A stretch of 64,000 nt of DNA from Oikopleura dioica (taxonomy: Eukaryota > Animalia > Chordata). The DNA is taken from assembly GCA_907165135.1 (NCBI GenBank), contig OU015567.1, forward strand, positions 4,154,001 through 4,218,000, given 5' to 3'. The notes beneath the pieces are model-generated. The model did no database searches and was not told where the DNA came from. It saw only the letters and a list, made by a program, of their open reading frames with translations. The position numbers and the translations under genes were made by a program. Positions 13,243-23,981 of this stretch are shown here, piece by piece. Positions within the stretch are counted from its first letter, which is position 1; the number at the start of each line of letters is the position of its first letter.

Positions 13243-13464
13243 GTCAAAATACGAATGTAACAACAATAAATGGAGTTTGTGTTACGACTACAACGAGCTC
13301 GCCGGTCCAGCTCTCAAGAACCTTCCAAGAACAAAACTGGTCAAAGTCGCCCGTCAAAAAATCAGAACTCGAAGAGACCAGCAACTGCTCAAAAGTCGAG
13401 GAAAGATTTCGATGATGTCAAGAGCGACTCAGAGGTGCACAGACGATCCAATAAAAGTTCAAAG
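13243..13464 (+). CDS. Candidate isolated exon (possibly of the RhoGEF gene)
   Basis: Flanked by ttttcAG| and |GTaaaa. It is 222 nt long, open in one frame throughout and in a second frame from ATG 13270 (Ser/Lys/Arg-rich). No recognisable motif. Confidence 0.3.
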
Positions 13465-13593
13465 GTAAAACCAACTTTTTTATGATTTACACTGTATTTT
13501 CAACAGTAATTTTATCCCAAGTCGTCAATCTTGGGGACTGGGCTCGGCAACCTGTATAGAAAACCTGAGTCAGGCTTTGAAGAACTAAAATAA

Positions 13594-13724
13594 AAAGCTG
13601 CAAAGCGGCTTTTTTAAATTGAAGCCGCAGAGCGGCTTCGCATATTTTTAAATCACAGAAGAGTGATTTTGTTTCGAAGCCGCGATGCGGCTTCGTTTTC
13701 AAAAAAAGCCGCTACGCGGCTTTT
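13594..13724. mobile_element. MITE, AGCCGC palindrome family (subtype B)
   Basis: Same layout as 11464-11590, ending cttcgttttcaaaaaaagccgctacgcggctttt. Confidence 0.65.
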
Positions 13725-16700
13725 CATTTGAGCTCTTCATGTCTCAGTTTTTTTACACAGGTTGTGGTGCCCAGCTTTTGGAGGAGCTGTGTTTGTAGAC
13801 TTTTTTTAGTAAAGAAAACGGTTGTCAAATAGGCAGCTGGGGATATAGCAACAATCTAGTTAATTAAAATTTGACGCTGATCAATTTACACTCAAAACTT
13901 CCCCCGATGAACGGATGCGTTCAAAACTTACGTTTTCAAGTCCCTTGATGACGCAAGAGACAAAATCGGAGCTTATCGTATTTCCGCAAAATAGAAAAAG
14001 TTACCCAGTTTCAATCAAATGAAATTGAGTTTGAGCCGAGTAAATTTGCGTTAAGGCTTCTAAAAAATCGAAAAAATTATTATGTTTGGAACATCCTTTT
14101 TCTTGCGCGATCCGTAAGTTATGGAAATCCTCACGTAGAGATAAGCATCATACAAACTCAACCGCCGTAATTCATCGTTTTTCTCACTCCTTGGTTTGAA
14201 AAATTTTTTGTTGTATTTGCTGCTAACAATTTGTTGGAAATGGAAATAAAAATGAGAAAAATTAAGTAGGCGGCTATTTTGCCCGTGATTGGCAAAAAGA
14301 TCTAATCCAGGCTTTTTATTGGCTAAAAATCCGAATTTTCTCGTAATTTTTTTGAGTCGATTGACGCCGCTAGCCGGATTCTCAAGGTGATAAAACTAGT
14401 GAAATTTTTTAACATTTGTTCAATTGAAAATCGATAAAAATATTCACCACGATTCCAAGTAATAATTTGATTTATGATTCTTATCTCTCAAAAAATAAAA
14501 AATCGTGAACCCGATGAACTACAGTAACCTGAATTATGAACCGTGAGGTACCCCAGACCAGCTGTTGTATAAAGCCCTTTGCGAAAACAAAGTTCTGAGG
14601 CCAGAGTGCCCTTAGAAATCAAAAGCCACAGCGTGAGTCCACGCTTTGAATTTATAAAAGCTCTTCATAAGCTTTTCATTACTTTTTTCTTTTTTGAGTT
14701 TCGTGAATTGAATTTTCATTCTTTCTTCCCCTTTCTTTCGATTTTGAAAAAAATCTTGAACTCGTGACCTGAATTAGATTGGATTAGAAAAGCTGACTGC
14801 GGCGTTTTTGATAAGCTGGGTCGAGCTTTGTGTTATCTAAATTCGAAGTGGTACTACTATTCGACACGTGATCTATCAAAGAGAGTCAGCGAAAATTTTT
14901 CGAACACGCGGAAAGCGGTTAACACGCTTGATACCTGCCACTGCGAAGGTACAAATTTCGGTCGAGCAGATAGCTACATCACCGGCTACAAACGATCAGA
15001 TATCCATTCTGGATAAGAAGAAAAAGCGGCTCAGAGTTTTTTCACTCCTCTAAAACACTCTAAAGAGGGCCATTTTTCTTCTAAAAATTTCTTCTTCGAA
15101 CTTTTAAAATTGTTCGAGAAAAAACGTGAAAAAAGGGGGAGACTACTAGAAAATCAATTTTCGCTGAAATACGCGACGAGCCGTGAAATTCTTCTGTTCT
15201 AAAGCTTACTTCGGCCAGGTAACGGTGACATATTTTGGGGAAGAGAATCCATTACGAAAACGCCCGCGTCGCCTAAACAGACTTATTCCGTACCTCCTCA
15301 AGATAACAATTATTTTTCAAGAAAAAATTTAAAATCAAGATGTTTTTAAGGCTTTATTTCAAAATTATATTGTTAAAATTAAATTTAATATTTATTAAAT
15401 TATAATTTTAATTATTCTTTAAAAAAAAATTTTTTTGATTTACTTTAGATCACGTGAGGTAGCACATGAGGTTTGTGATTTCAGTTCGAGTCTGAGAAAT
15501 TTCTTTTCTCGGCGGGAGAGATCAAAGGCGAGCCCCCGCCGCTCTGAAAATTGAAAGCTGGCTTTGTCCACTTCCGTGAAATCGAGACAGACCCTGGGAG
15601 TCGCAAAATCCGAGCCATTCTGAAAAATAGAAAATAGAAATTTGTTGTTTCTGCTGATTTTTTGTTGTTTTCTGAGAAAAAGAGCCGAAAATTCAGAGAT
15701 TTTTTTAAGAAAAAAAAACGAAAAGACCGATTTTCAAGGTAAAAAAATTGTAAAAAAAAAATTTTGTTTTCGTTGGAAAAAATTTTCTTCTCGAAAATTT
15801 ACGCTTGAAATTATACAATGAACAGATTTTTAAACGAAGATCGGCGCAGTCAAAAGCACGAACTCATAATACCGAATTCCAATGCCGCATTCTTCGAGAT
15901 TATTTTAGAGCGCTGAGGTGCCCATACTTGAAAGGTTATGTATTCATCACGTGTATCGCGACAAGGGGCAGGCCTTCTTTTCTAGCAGTTCAGTTCGTAG
16001 ATTCCTTTATCGAGGTTTTATCTATTCTAGGAGAATAAAGCTAAGAAATGTGAGAAAATAAAGTGGAACTTACTGAAAGAGGGGGAGATTTGCATATGTT
16101 AAGAAATGCAGACAGGTGTTGAAAATTATAACCAGAGTGACTCCCTTATGAAATTCAAAAAGAAAAAAAAAATGGAATGTCGCGAACAGACCAAAAATGC
16201 GGACTTAACCTATTTATGCAAGCGCATTTTTGGATAACCAATAAGACCTCTGTATTTGGCTTAACGGCCAATCAAAACCCTGGTCCATAAAATCACTTCC
16301 ATAAATTGGGTTAGCACAAAAATGCTACAAATAAATCAAATTTTCGCAAAAAAAAATTATGAAATCTGATTGGCCCACGCGCCAAATTTGGTGATCTGAT
16401 TGGTCTAAAATTCAACCAAAGTTTGGTTTCGTTTTTAACCCTTTTCTCGTTGATCCTTTAGTAAAATATTCGACAGTAGCCGATTTAAACTGTACCAATG
16501 GATAAACCGCCTGAAAACTTTCAGTAATCAGCCACTCAAGCGGGCCTTGAGAGCTGTGTGAATGAGATAAGCTAGCGCTATTATCCTTTATTAAAACAGA
16601 AAATCAAAATCTCAAATTTTCAAGCTTCAAAACTTTCAAGCGCTCACAATTTGCCGGATGCGGCGTTGAATCAGCAGATTTTCTTAAAGACACGAAATAC

Positions 16701-17145
16701 AGATGTTCAAAAAAGGGCTAGAAACGTAGCTCAAATTTGAGCTCGGCGCAACCGCAAGTTCTAATCTGCTCGCAGTTGCTGTCAGCTAAGATAGACCGCC
16801 CTGTAAATTGCTTCCGAGCTGCCCATAACACTATGCTACACGTTTTCGAGCATCAATCAAATCTGTCACATGAAAACTCGCATCTTCTTGCATTTCAAAA
16901 TGGCGAATCAAATGAGTGACTTTCGTTAAAAAAAAACCAGGTTGTCAGAAAATTTTGAGTGTTTGTTCAAGGAATCCCTTGAGAAGAATCGTCGTCAACG
17001 TAACAAAAATACGAAAAAGGGGATCAGGCATTGCCTGTCAAAATATTCTTGCGCAGAGTTTTTGCGTTTTTCAGAAATTTTCGCTCAAAGAAATTTGAAC
17101 TCAAAAAACATCTCCTTCAAATTCGCCTTTGAAAAAGCTTCAAAA

Positions 17146-17241
17146 ATCGAGAAGCCGCTTGCGGCTTCGAGTCAAATCATGATTATGCCGCGCGCGGCTT
17201 TAAAATTCCTTTTGGCTCGAAGCCGCAAGCGGCTTCTCGAT
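17146..17241. mobile_element. MITE, AGCCGC palindrome family (subtype A)
   Basis: TIR atcgagaagccgcttgcggcttcgag / ctcgaagccgcaagcggcttctcgat. Confidence 0.75.
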
Positions 17242-17670
17242 ATTTTTAGTCTATCCAAACAAGGAAATTTTATGAGGTCAAATTTTTCGCGCGAATATTT
17301 CTAAAAAGTATTCTTATCGCTAATTTATCCAAAATTTCGCGTGAAAAGCAACAGTTTTAAATCTTGATAACATCCCGTTATCCAGCGCGGATCAATATCA
17401 AGTGCGTGCCCTGCTAAGATTTACTGCCCAAGGCGCCAGCGCGGCCCTATTCGCCGTCGTAAAATACGCGATAACTATCGACCCAGCTTATAAAAAATAT
17501 GACTTTCATGGGCAATTTGCGTGCAAGCGGAGACAGCAACGATCATTTTTGAGCAGACTAATTGCAAAATGCATGAATCGGTTTTGAAATTAGCGTTTTC
17601 AAAGCGGAAAATAAATGATGCAACTCACGAGGAGTCAAGTTCAAAATTCTGGATCATCCAGGTTTTCTAC

Positions 17671-17824
17671 TAAAATAAGCCCTTATTCAGTGAAGAAAGT
17701 CGAGAAGCCGCTTGCGGCTTCGAGCCAAACAAAATTTGACCCGCGCGAAGCGCGGCTTAATGTCTTTTCGCTCGAAGCCGTAAGCGGCTTCTCGACTTTC
17801 TTCGCTGAAGAGGGGCTTATTTTT
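17671..17824. mobile_element. MITE, AGCCGC palindrome family (subtype A, long TIR)
   Basis: ~55-bp imperfect TIR: aaaataagccccttattcagtgaagaaagtcgagaagccgcttgcggcttcgag and its reverse complement. Confidence 0.75.
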
Positions 17825-20715
17825 GCGGAGATTGCTGGAAACCATTTTTCTGAAGAGTTCAAACGCGATGTGTATAATTAGGTTAGCCAAAGTGGGCCCG
17901 ATAAAAGCCGCCTCCTTGAGTCCTTGAAAATTATATTTTCCCTCGCAGCGGGGTTGTTTCTTTTTTATGATATCTCTTTTGGCCCTTGACCGTTTTACCG
18001 CAGCGCTGTGCGTCCTGCCGCGTGATCTCCCGCTGCGTCGATTCAAAAACTTTCCAACATACCAAACCAGGCGCCTCCTTCTTTTTTATTTCTTCTTTCC
18101 GTATTTAATATTCTGAAACCGTTGATTTTTATTCAAAAGAGATTTTCAAGGAAGAGGATCTTTCAGCGAAAATCAGCTTTTATCGAAAATTTAGCAAAGT
18201 GACACCCTTATTTTTTTTCCCAAAAAATTAACCCGTCGTAAAAACCGTAACGCTGCGGCGCGGCGCTAACGGGTTAACCCCCCTTTCACGCATGACCTCA
18301 AAAAGAAAGATCGAAACATGCCCCCTCGCCTGTCCTCGACGGATTTACTCGCTTCCGGCCCTGTTTCAACAAAAAGATAATTGACACCCTAACGAAAATT
18401 TGAAAATTTGAAAATTTCCATTTTTTGCTGCTGAAAGAAAAAGATCCGAAAACAGTGAAGAAAAAAAAAAGAGTGAAACTACTTGAATCGAATTGTTTTG
18501 ACAGAGAAGAGGGCCAAATCTCAGAAGAGGCTTGTTGAAAAATCGCTTTGTCTGAAGTAAAAGATCACACACGCCTGAGGGCGAGAGATTGTGAATGTCG
18601 GAAAAGAGGAAATATATTGACGAAAATGAGGGGTTCTTCAATAGCAGGAATAAAAAAGTAAGTTCTTACTGGTTCCCTACGTCTCCTTCTTCATAAAAAG
18701 ACGCGACTATAAATTTTTTTCAGCCAAAAAATTCTAGATGTATTTTTGAAACCCGTAAATCTGTCTAAAAATAACAATTTATTATATTAATTATTTATTT
18801 CTTGTGTGTTTTCCTTTTTTAAACTGAATAATTTTCTCAATGGACCATTGAAAATGGGTGCTAAGTAATATGAAAAAAGTACAATTCTGACGGTCAAAAG
18901 TGCGAGTAAACAAAAAAGCTCGTGAGAATTCCGGTTCTTGAAATTTTCAAAGAAAACGAATATTCACCCGTCCACATTTCTGGACTTTTCACGCGAGTCG
19001 AAAATTAATCTTTCTATAAAATGGAGAATCCTTGTTTCTGAATTCCTTGAACGAAAGATTGGACAAAAAACATATGTCCAACATTTGCTGATAGACAAAC
19101 AAAGTTGATTGATATTTTCAACCAATTTATAGAAAAGCCTTTTTCACGGTGCTTTTGAAGGTCTTTTGACAAAGAGTTGGTTCTATAACGTGACACTTGT
19201 CTTTTGCTAATTGCGTGAATTTTCTTGAATTTTTGGGAGATTGAAAAAATGTTTGGGAAAACGAGGGAGTCTCTTAGAGACGTTCCGGGTAGTAATGAGT
19301 CTTTTGGTTTTCTAAGCTTTTGAAAAAATCAGAAAAAAACAAAAGTTCAAATTTCCCAAATTTTTTCCAAAATTTTCAGAAAGATCATTTAGATTTTTGG
19401 ATAATTTGATGGCCCTTGTTAATGAAAAACCCTTCTAAATCAATCATTCCCATCGCCCGAAAACAAAGCGGAGCCGCCTTAAAATATACTTTAAAAGTTT
19501 AATCCGGCTTAGATAGAAAGGCTCCCGTGCGGCGATCCCCCTTGTCATCGGCTTACGTGGCACTGTGTGCTTTTTCAGTGAGCTACTAATCACGGGATAG
19601 ACAGAATTGTACATGGGAAAAAGTAAAAACACATGCTACTAGTAGAACATGATACCAAAAGATACATTTGACCAGTTGGATAACACCTTTTTTGGGGGAA
19701 CTAAAATGTGAAAAGCGATCGACTTTTTCAGAATTCAAAAGCTCCAAAAATCACGTGACTTTTTCCCTCGAGCTCAAAAACCAATTCACAAAGGCGCTCA
19801 TATTTGTAGCCCAAAATCAGCTGCGCCGAGTTTCCGTCAATTTTCAAAGGTCAAAAGGGGCAATAAAACGCTAAATATTCAGTAAAAACTATGCTCAACT
19901 GAATTTGCTCTTACGTAATGGCTTGACTGTATTTTGACAGAAAAAGAGAGGATAACGTCACCAAAGCGAGGCAGGCAGTCACATCCAGAAGGGAATTTTA
20001 ATTTAGATAAAATGCGATACTGTCAAAAATGCGAACAACACAGTTTACAGATACAAGCAGATACAGGGAGAAGTACTGTTTTCGCTCGTTCTAATTTGAA
20101 TTTTGCTGGAACTCGCTAAAATTTTAGTGAGAAGCGATTTCTTCCCGAAAAATGGAATTCTTCCAGCAAGCGGGGTCCTCCACCGGGACCTCCGCCGCTG
20201 AAAGAAAAAGATACCGCCTACTTTTATCGGTATCTTGGAGCTCGATTTTCAGAAGTGTGCTTGACTCTTTTGGGTTAATCGATCAATGTATAATTTTTCT
20301 CCGGGCGGGGTAATTTTGTATAATCAAGTATCGATGCTGCCCCCACCTGAAACTACTTAAATGACACTGTTACTGTCTAGATTTATTACGTGTTCAAGAA
20401 ATTTTTAATATAATTGGCTGTCCACATCAGTGAACAAGATAAGATCCAAATCGGAATGTGTTGTTCGCCTCAAAAGGGATGAAAATGCAAATGGCTCCAA
20501 TTTTGGTAAATTTCGGCGGTCGGATGACGTTGTCCGCCAGAGCAACCAGCGCACCGACTTGTGGTAAAATCCAAGAAGACGGAACCACATGGTGGTTCCT
20601 CACGCTCACGCTCACACAACACTTGCGTAAACTTTTCGGTCATCAGCGGGGTAAATCCTTAAAATGAGGGATCAGGGGAAACATCAAACAATGGATCAAA
20701 AAGTTGGGTCCTAGC

Positions 20716-21035
20716 TCAGGAACCGACAAAAAAAATCAAAAAAATTGGCGTGGGCGCTTTCTCGGCTTCTGATTGGCTCCTTGGCCGAATCCAGGCTTCT
20801 GATTGGCCTGCTAGCCGAATCTAGGCTTCTGATTGGCCTGCTAGCCGAATCTAGGCTTCTGATTGGCCTGCTAGCCAAATCCAGGCTTTTGATTGCGCTG
20901 CTAGCCGAATCCAGGCTTCTGATTGGCCAGCTAGCCGAGTCCGGGCTTCTGATTGGCCTGCTTGCCGAAATCAGGATTCTGATTGGTTTAAAATTTCGAC
21001 GCAAAATTTGTCAAGTTTTTTTTGTCGGTTCCTGA
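20716..21035. mobile_element. MITE carrying an internal 30-bp tandem array (about 8 units, most with ATTGG/CCAAT)
   Basis: TIR tcaggaaccgacaaaaaaaa / ttttttttgtcggttcctga. Interior unit gaatccaggcttctgattggcctgctagcc. Confidence 0.8.
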
Positions 21036-21950
21036 AACCTCCCCGCTCAGTTCTCGAGGAAATGGAATATGCCACCTTTTATCAGAAAATTTGAGAATTT
21101 CTCAAGATTCTCGCCAGTTAATACTTCCCCCTGCCCTCGTCTGACTTCCGTCATTCTCAAGCCAGCGCGTCCAGGTGATCAATGAGCGAGGCTGGTAATT
21201 ATCTGTGTTTTTTTCTGACGGGGCGCTCGAGTTCTCCTCTTTTTGAAGATCGCAAAATTGATGCTCTTAAAATCATGCGCCCCTTATTTTCTAAAAAGCG
21301 CCAAATCACGAAAAATTTAAAAGAAAAAAAGACGGCGCCAGTAATTCCTTTTGTTGAAAGTGGCGAATTTGCTCGACAAATACGGATTTTCAGAAATACA
21401 AATTTGAGACCGTTTTTGAACTAAAAATAACAAGAGATTTTGAATTAAATGTAAAGTATGGAAGATGAAGAACAGAAAAAGAAATCAGAACAGAGAAATT
21501 AAGAAAATCTATAGGACGTTTAATTTTGAAGATATTCATGGCGCTCTCAAGGTACATCTTTCTTGGGCGAAGACTAGGGTTAGGGTTAGGAAGGTTAACT
21601 GGTTGGCGCTTCTTACGAAAAATTGGTCGAAATAGGTTAAATTTCGAGCGCATTTTGGTCTTGTCGGTAGAAGTCGTCATTGATTGGTTCAAAAGTAAAT
21701 TCTGTTTTTTGATTGGCCAAAAATCCTTAAATTTTAGCATCAAACAATTAAGAAAACTACAAGCTAAGATCCTTGTCATCTTTGAACCATTATTTTTCCT
21801 TAAAAAATTTTTTCGATTTCTTTTAAAAAATTCTAAAAAGCAAGTTTTTGGAGTTGCCCTAGTACATGAATCTTTTTTCATAAAAGAGTATTTGCAAGTA
21901 TATGAAAAAACCGCGAGTGACGACAGGCTTGCGGAACTGACTAGTTCCTT

Positions 21951-22139
21951 GTAGACGGGCCGAACCAAAATAAGGAAGTAATAAGCTAGGAAGTGACAAA
22001 AAAGGAAGTGATTTTTTTGAAATGGGTTTTCATTGGCCGGTAGGCCAAATGCAGAGATCTTATTGGTCTTCAGAAAATGCACTTCCTTTTTTGTCACTTC
22101 CTAGCTTATAACTTCCCTATTTTAGTTCGTGCCGTAGAC
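21951..22139. mobile_element. Palindromic MITE-like element with 60-bp arms
   Basis: gtagacgggccgaaccaaaataaggaagtaataagctaggaagtgacaaaaaaggaagtg is inverted, with a few mismatches, at 22080-22139. Confidence 0.7.
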
Positions 22140-22889
22140 AGGGCCCAGTCACTTTCTTCAAACAATGTGCAGCTGCATTTGTATTTTTAAATTGTAAAAT
22201 TCAGATAACCAGATGAACAGCCTGTTTTCTTAGTTTATGAATTTGAAGAAAATGAATTCCTAAAAGTACTAAAAAGGGACAAAAATCAAGCTGGGAAGCG
22301 ATTAATCACTAAGCTTACGGAAGCGCTCAAAAGCTCAATGACTGGCGCCGGAAACAGATTTATGGCGCCGTTCCACTAAATTTTCGGCTCTTGAAGCTTT
22401 CTAGAGCTCAAGTCCATTTCGGGAGGATTTTAATACTTTCACATTGAAAGTCAAGTAGGTAAAATTTATTATTCGAAAAATCATTTCCCACAAGTACTTA
22501 TCTTAAAATATGCATTTTTTCTTCTGTAATTTTCCTAAATTGTCGGTATCAACGCTTTTAAGGTTAACTAATTTTTTGGAATTTCATAAAAATTGAATAA
22601 ATTCTGAAGCTGAATTTTTAAGAATAAGAGTTTCTTGTTAGAGGATAAGGAATTCGAATCAGATAAGATTACGACCTTTTCAAATTATCGTGCTGAATTA
22701 CCACGTTTCAGAGGCTCTGCCGACTCCTAACAGGATCAGAATCATCAGCATAAATCGAACAAAAAATTATTCGAAAAAACCATAAAGAAAAATTAAAAAG
22801 AAGAAAATCGCAATTTTTAAATGACCTAAAATTTGATTAATAGCAATGACCAAAATCATCGATATCCTTAATCTTCGTTAAGCATTTAA

Positions 22890-23227
22890 GGACCCCCCCG
22901 TCAACAATTTTCCTCAAAAAATCGAGAATTTCAAAAAAGCCATATTTTCGCTTTTTAGTGGTCCTGGAAGTTCAATTTATCATAAAAACTTGTTCGGAGC
23001 ACATTTTGACCAATAAAAATCTAAAATTATAGCAAAATTGGGACTTTTTCGTCATTTTTCGCCAAAAAGTCCAATTTTCAAACGCGATTTTGAGGGTGTT
23101 AGAGTCGAGATAGACCCCCAAAAAATGAAGCCTCAAAATCGTTTTTTGACCTGTAGAATCCATTTCTGGGGTCAAAATTCTGAAATTCCGAAAATAGATT
23201 TTTCGAAAATTGTTGACGGGGGGGTCC
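22890..23227. mobile_element. 338-bp MITE, TTAA TSD, GG..CC termini (Kolobok-like)
   Basis: TTAA|GGACCCCCCCGTC ... GACGGGGGGGTCC|TTAA. A same-length copy lies in opposite orientation at 26044-26381. Confidence 0.8.
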
Positions 23228-23981
23228 TTAAAAAACGCATCTTTTCCATGAGAAACAACAGTGAATCTTCGTAACCGTCACGACTTCCTGTGCGCTAATT
23301 GCACAGCTTTTGAAGTCAACTAATCATTTTTCATGGTCAGCTCCTCCCGCCTCCATGTCTCCAAATTTTGCATTTTTATTGCATGCATCGTAGCTCATAA
23401 AAAGTCTGGAATGTCACCCTCAATTACTCAAGGCTCAAGGCTGGTGGCACCCCTTTTAAAATTAACTCCAGCTGTCGAAAAAACAATTTCTGGACTCGAA
23501 AATTAGAAATTGGGTAATTGCCTCGGGGCGGGTAGGGGTAGTATTCCCTTAAGAATTTTATATTTCAAGGGGAAAATTGGCGACTTGTCAAAACCGACTT
23601 CGCGCATAATGGCTTTTTGATTAAATTAGTTTTCGGGGGGATATTGGGAGACTCCCAGTATTGGAAGCGACGTAAATTGCAGCTATCACTCAGCGGAGCC
23701 GCGTTTTGAGCTCAGGGGGATTATATTTTTAATCGATTTTTTCTTTTTTTTAGGGCTCTATGAAATTTGAGAAAAGTGGAATGAAAATTTTAAAAACCAC
23801 AAAAATTCTTAGAATTTATTTTTTCATATATTTTTTGACTGTCAATAAAACGGCTTCTAATCAAATTTTTTGCTTTTGAACACATGTAATCGAATATCGT
23901 CGATTTTTTATGGATATTTTTATGATAATGAACTTTGAAGTATTCACTTCGGAACTTAGAAAAATTAACCTTAAACTTTAG

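Noticed and set aside
20711-21035. Repetitive ORFs (ESRLLIGLLA)n and (SRPIRSLDSA)n as repeat proteins
   Set aside because: They are produced by the stop-free 30-bp unit inside a TIR-bounded MITE, with no splice or start context.
21575-21595. Interstitial telomeric repeats (also ~119-135 and ~221-237)
   Set aside because: Only about two TTAGGG units each, which is too short to call a telomere relic.
21390-22097. 235-aa - strand ORF and overlapping 142-aa + strand ORF
   Set aside because: They overlap a palindromic MITE and repeat-derived sequence, show no recognisable motif, and have a composition typical of AT-rich non-coding DNA.
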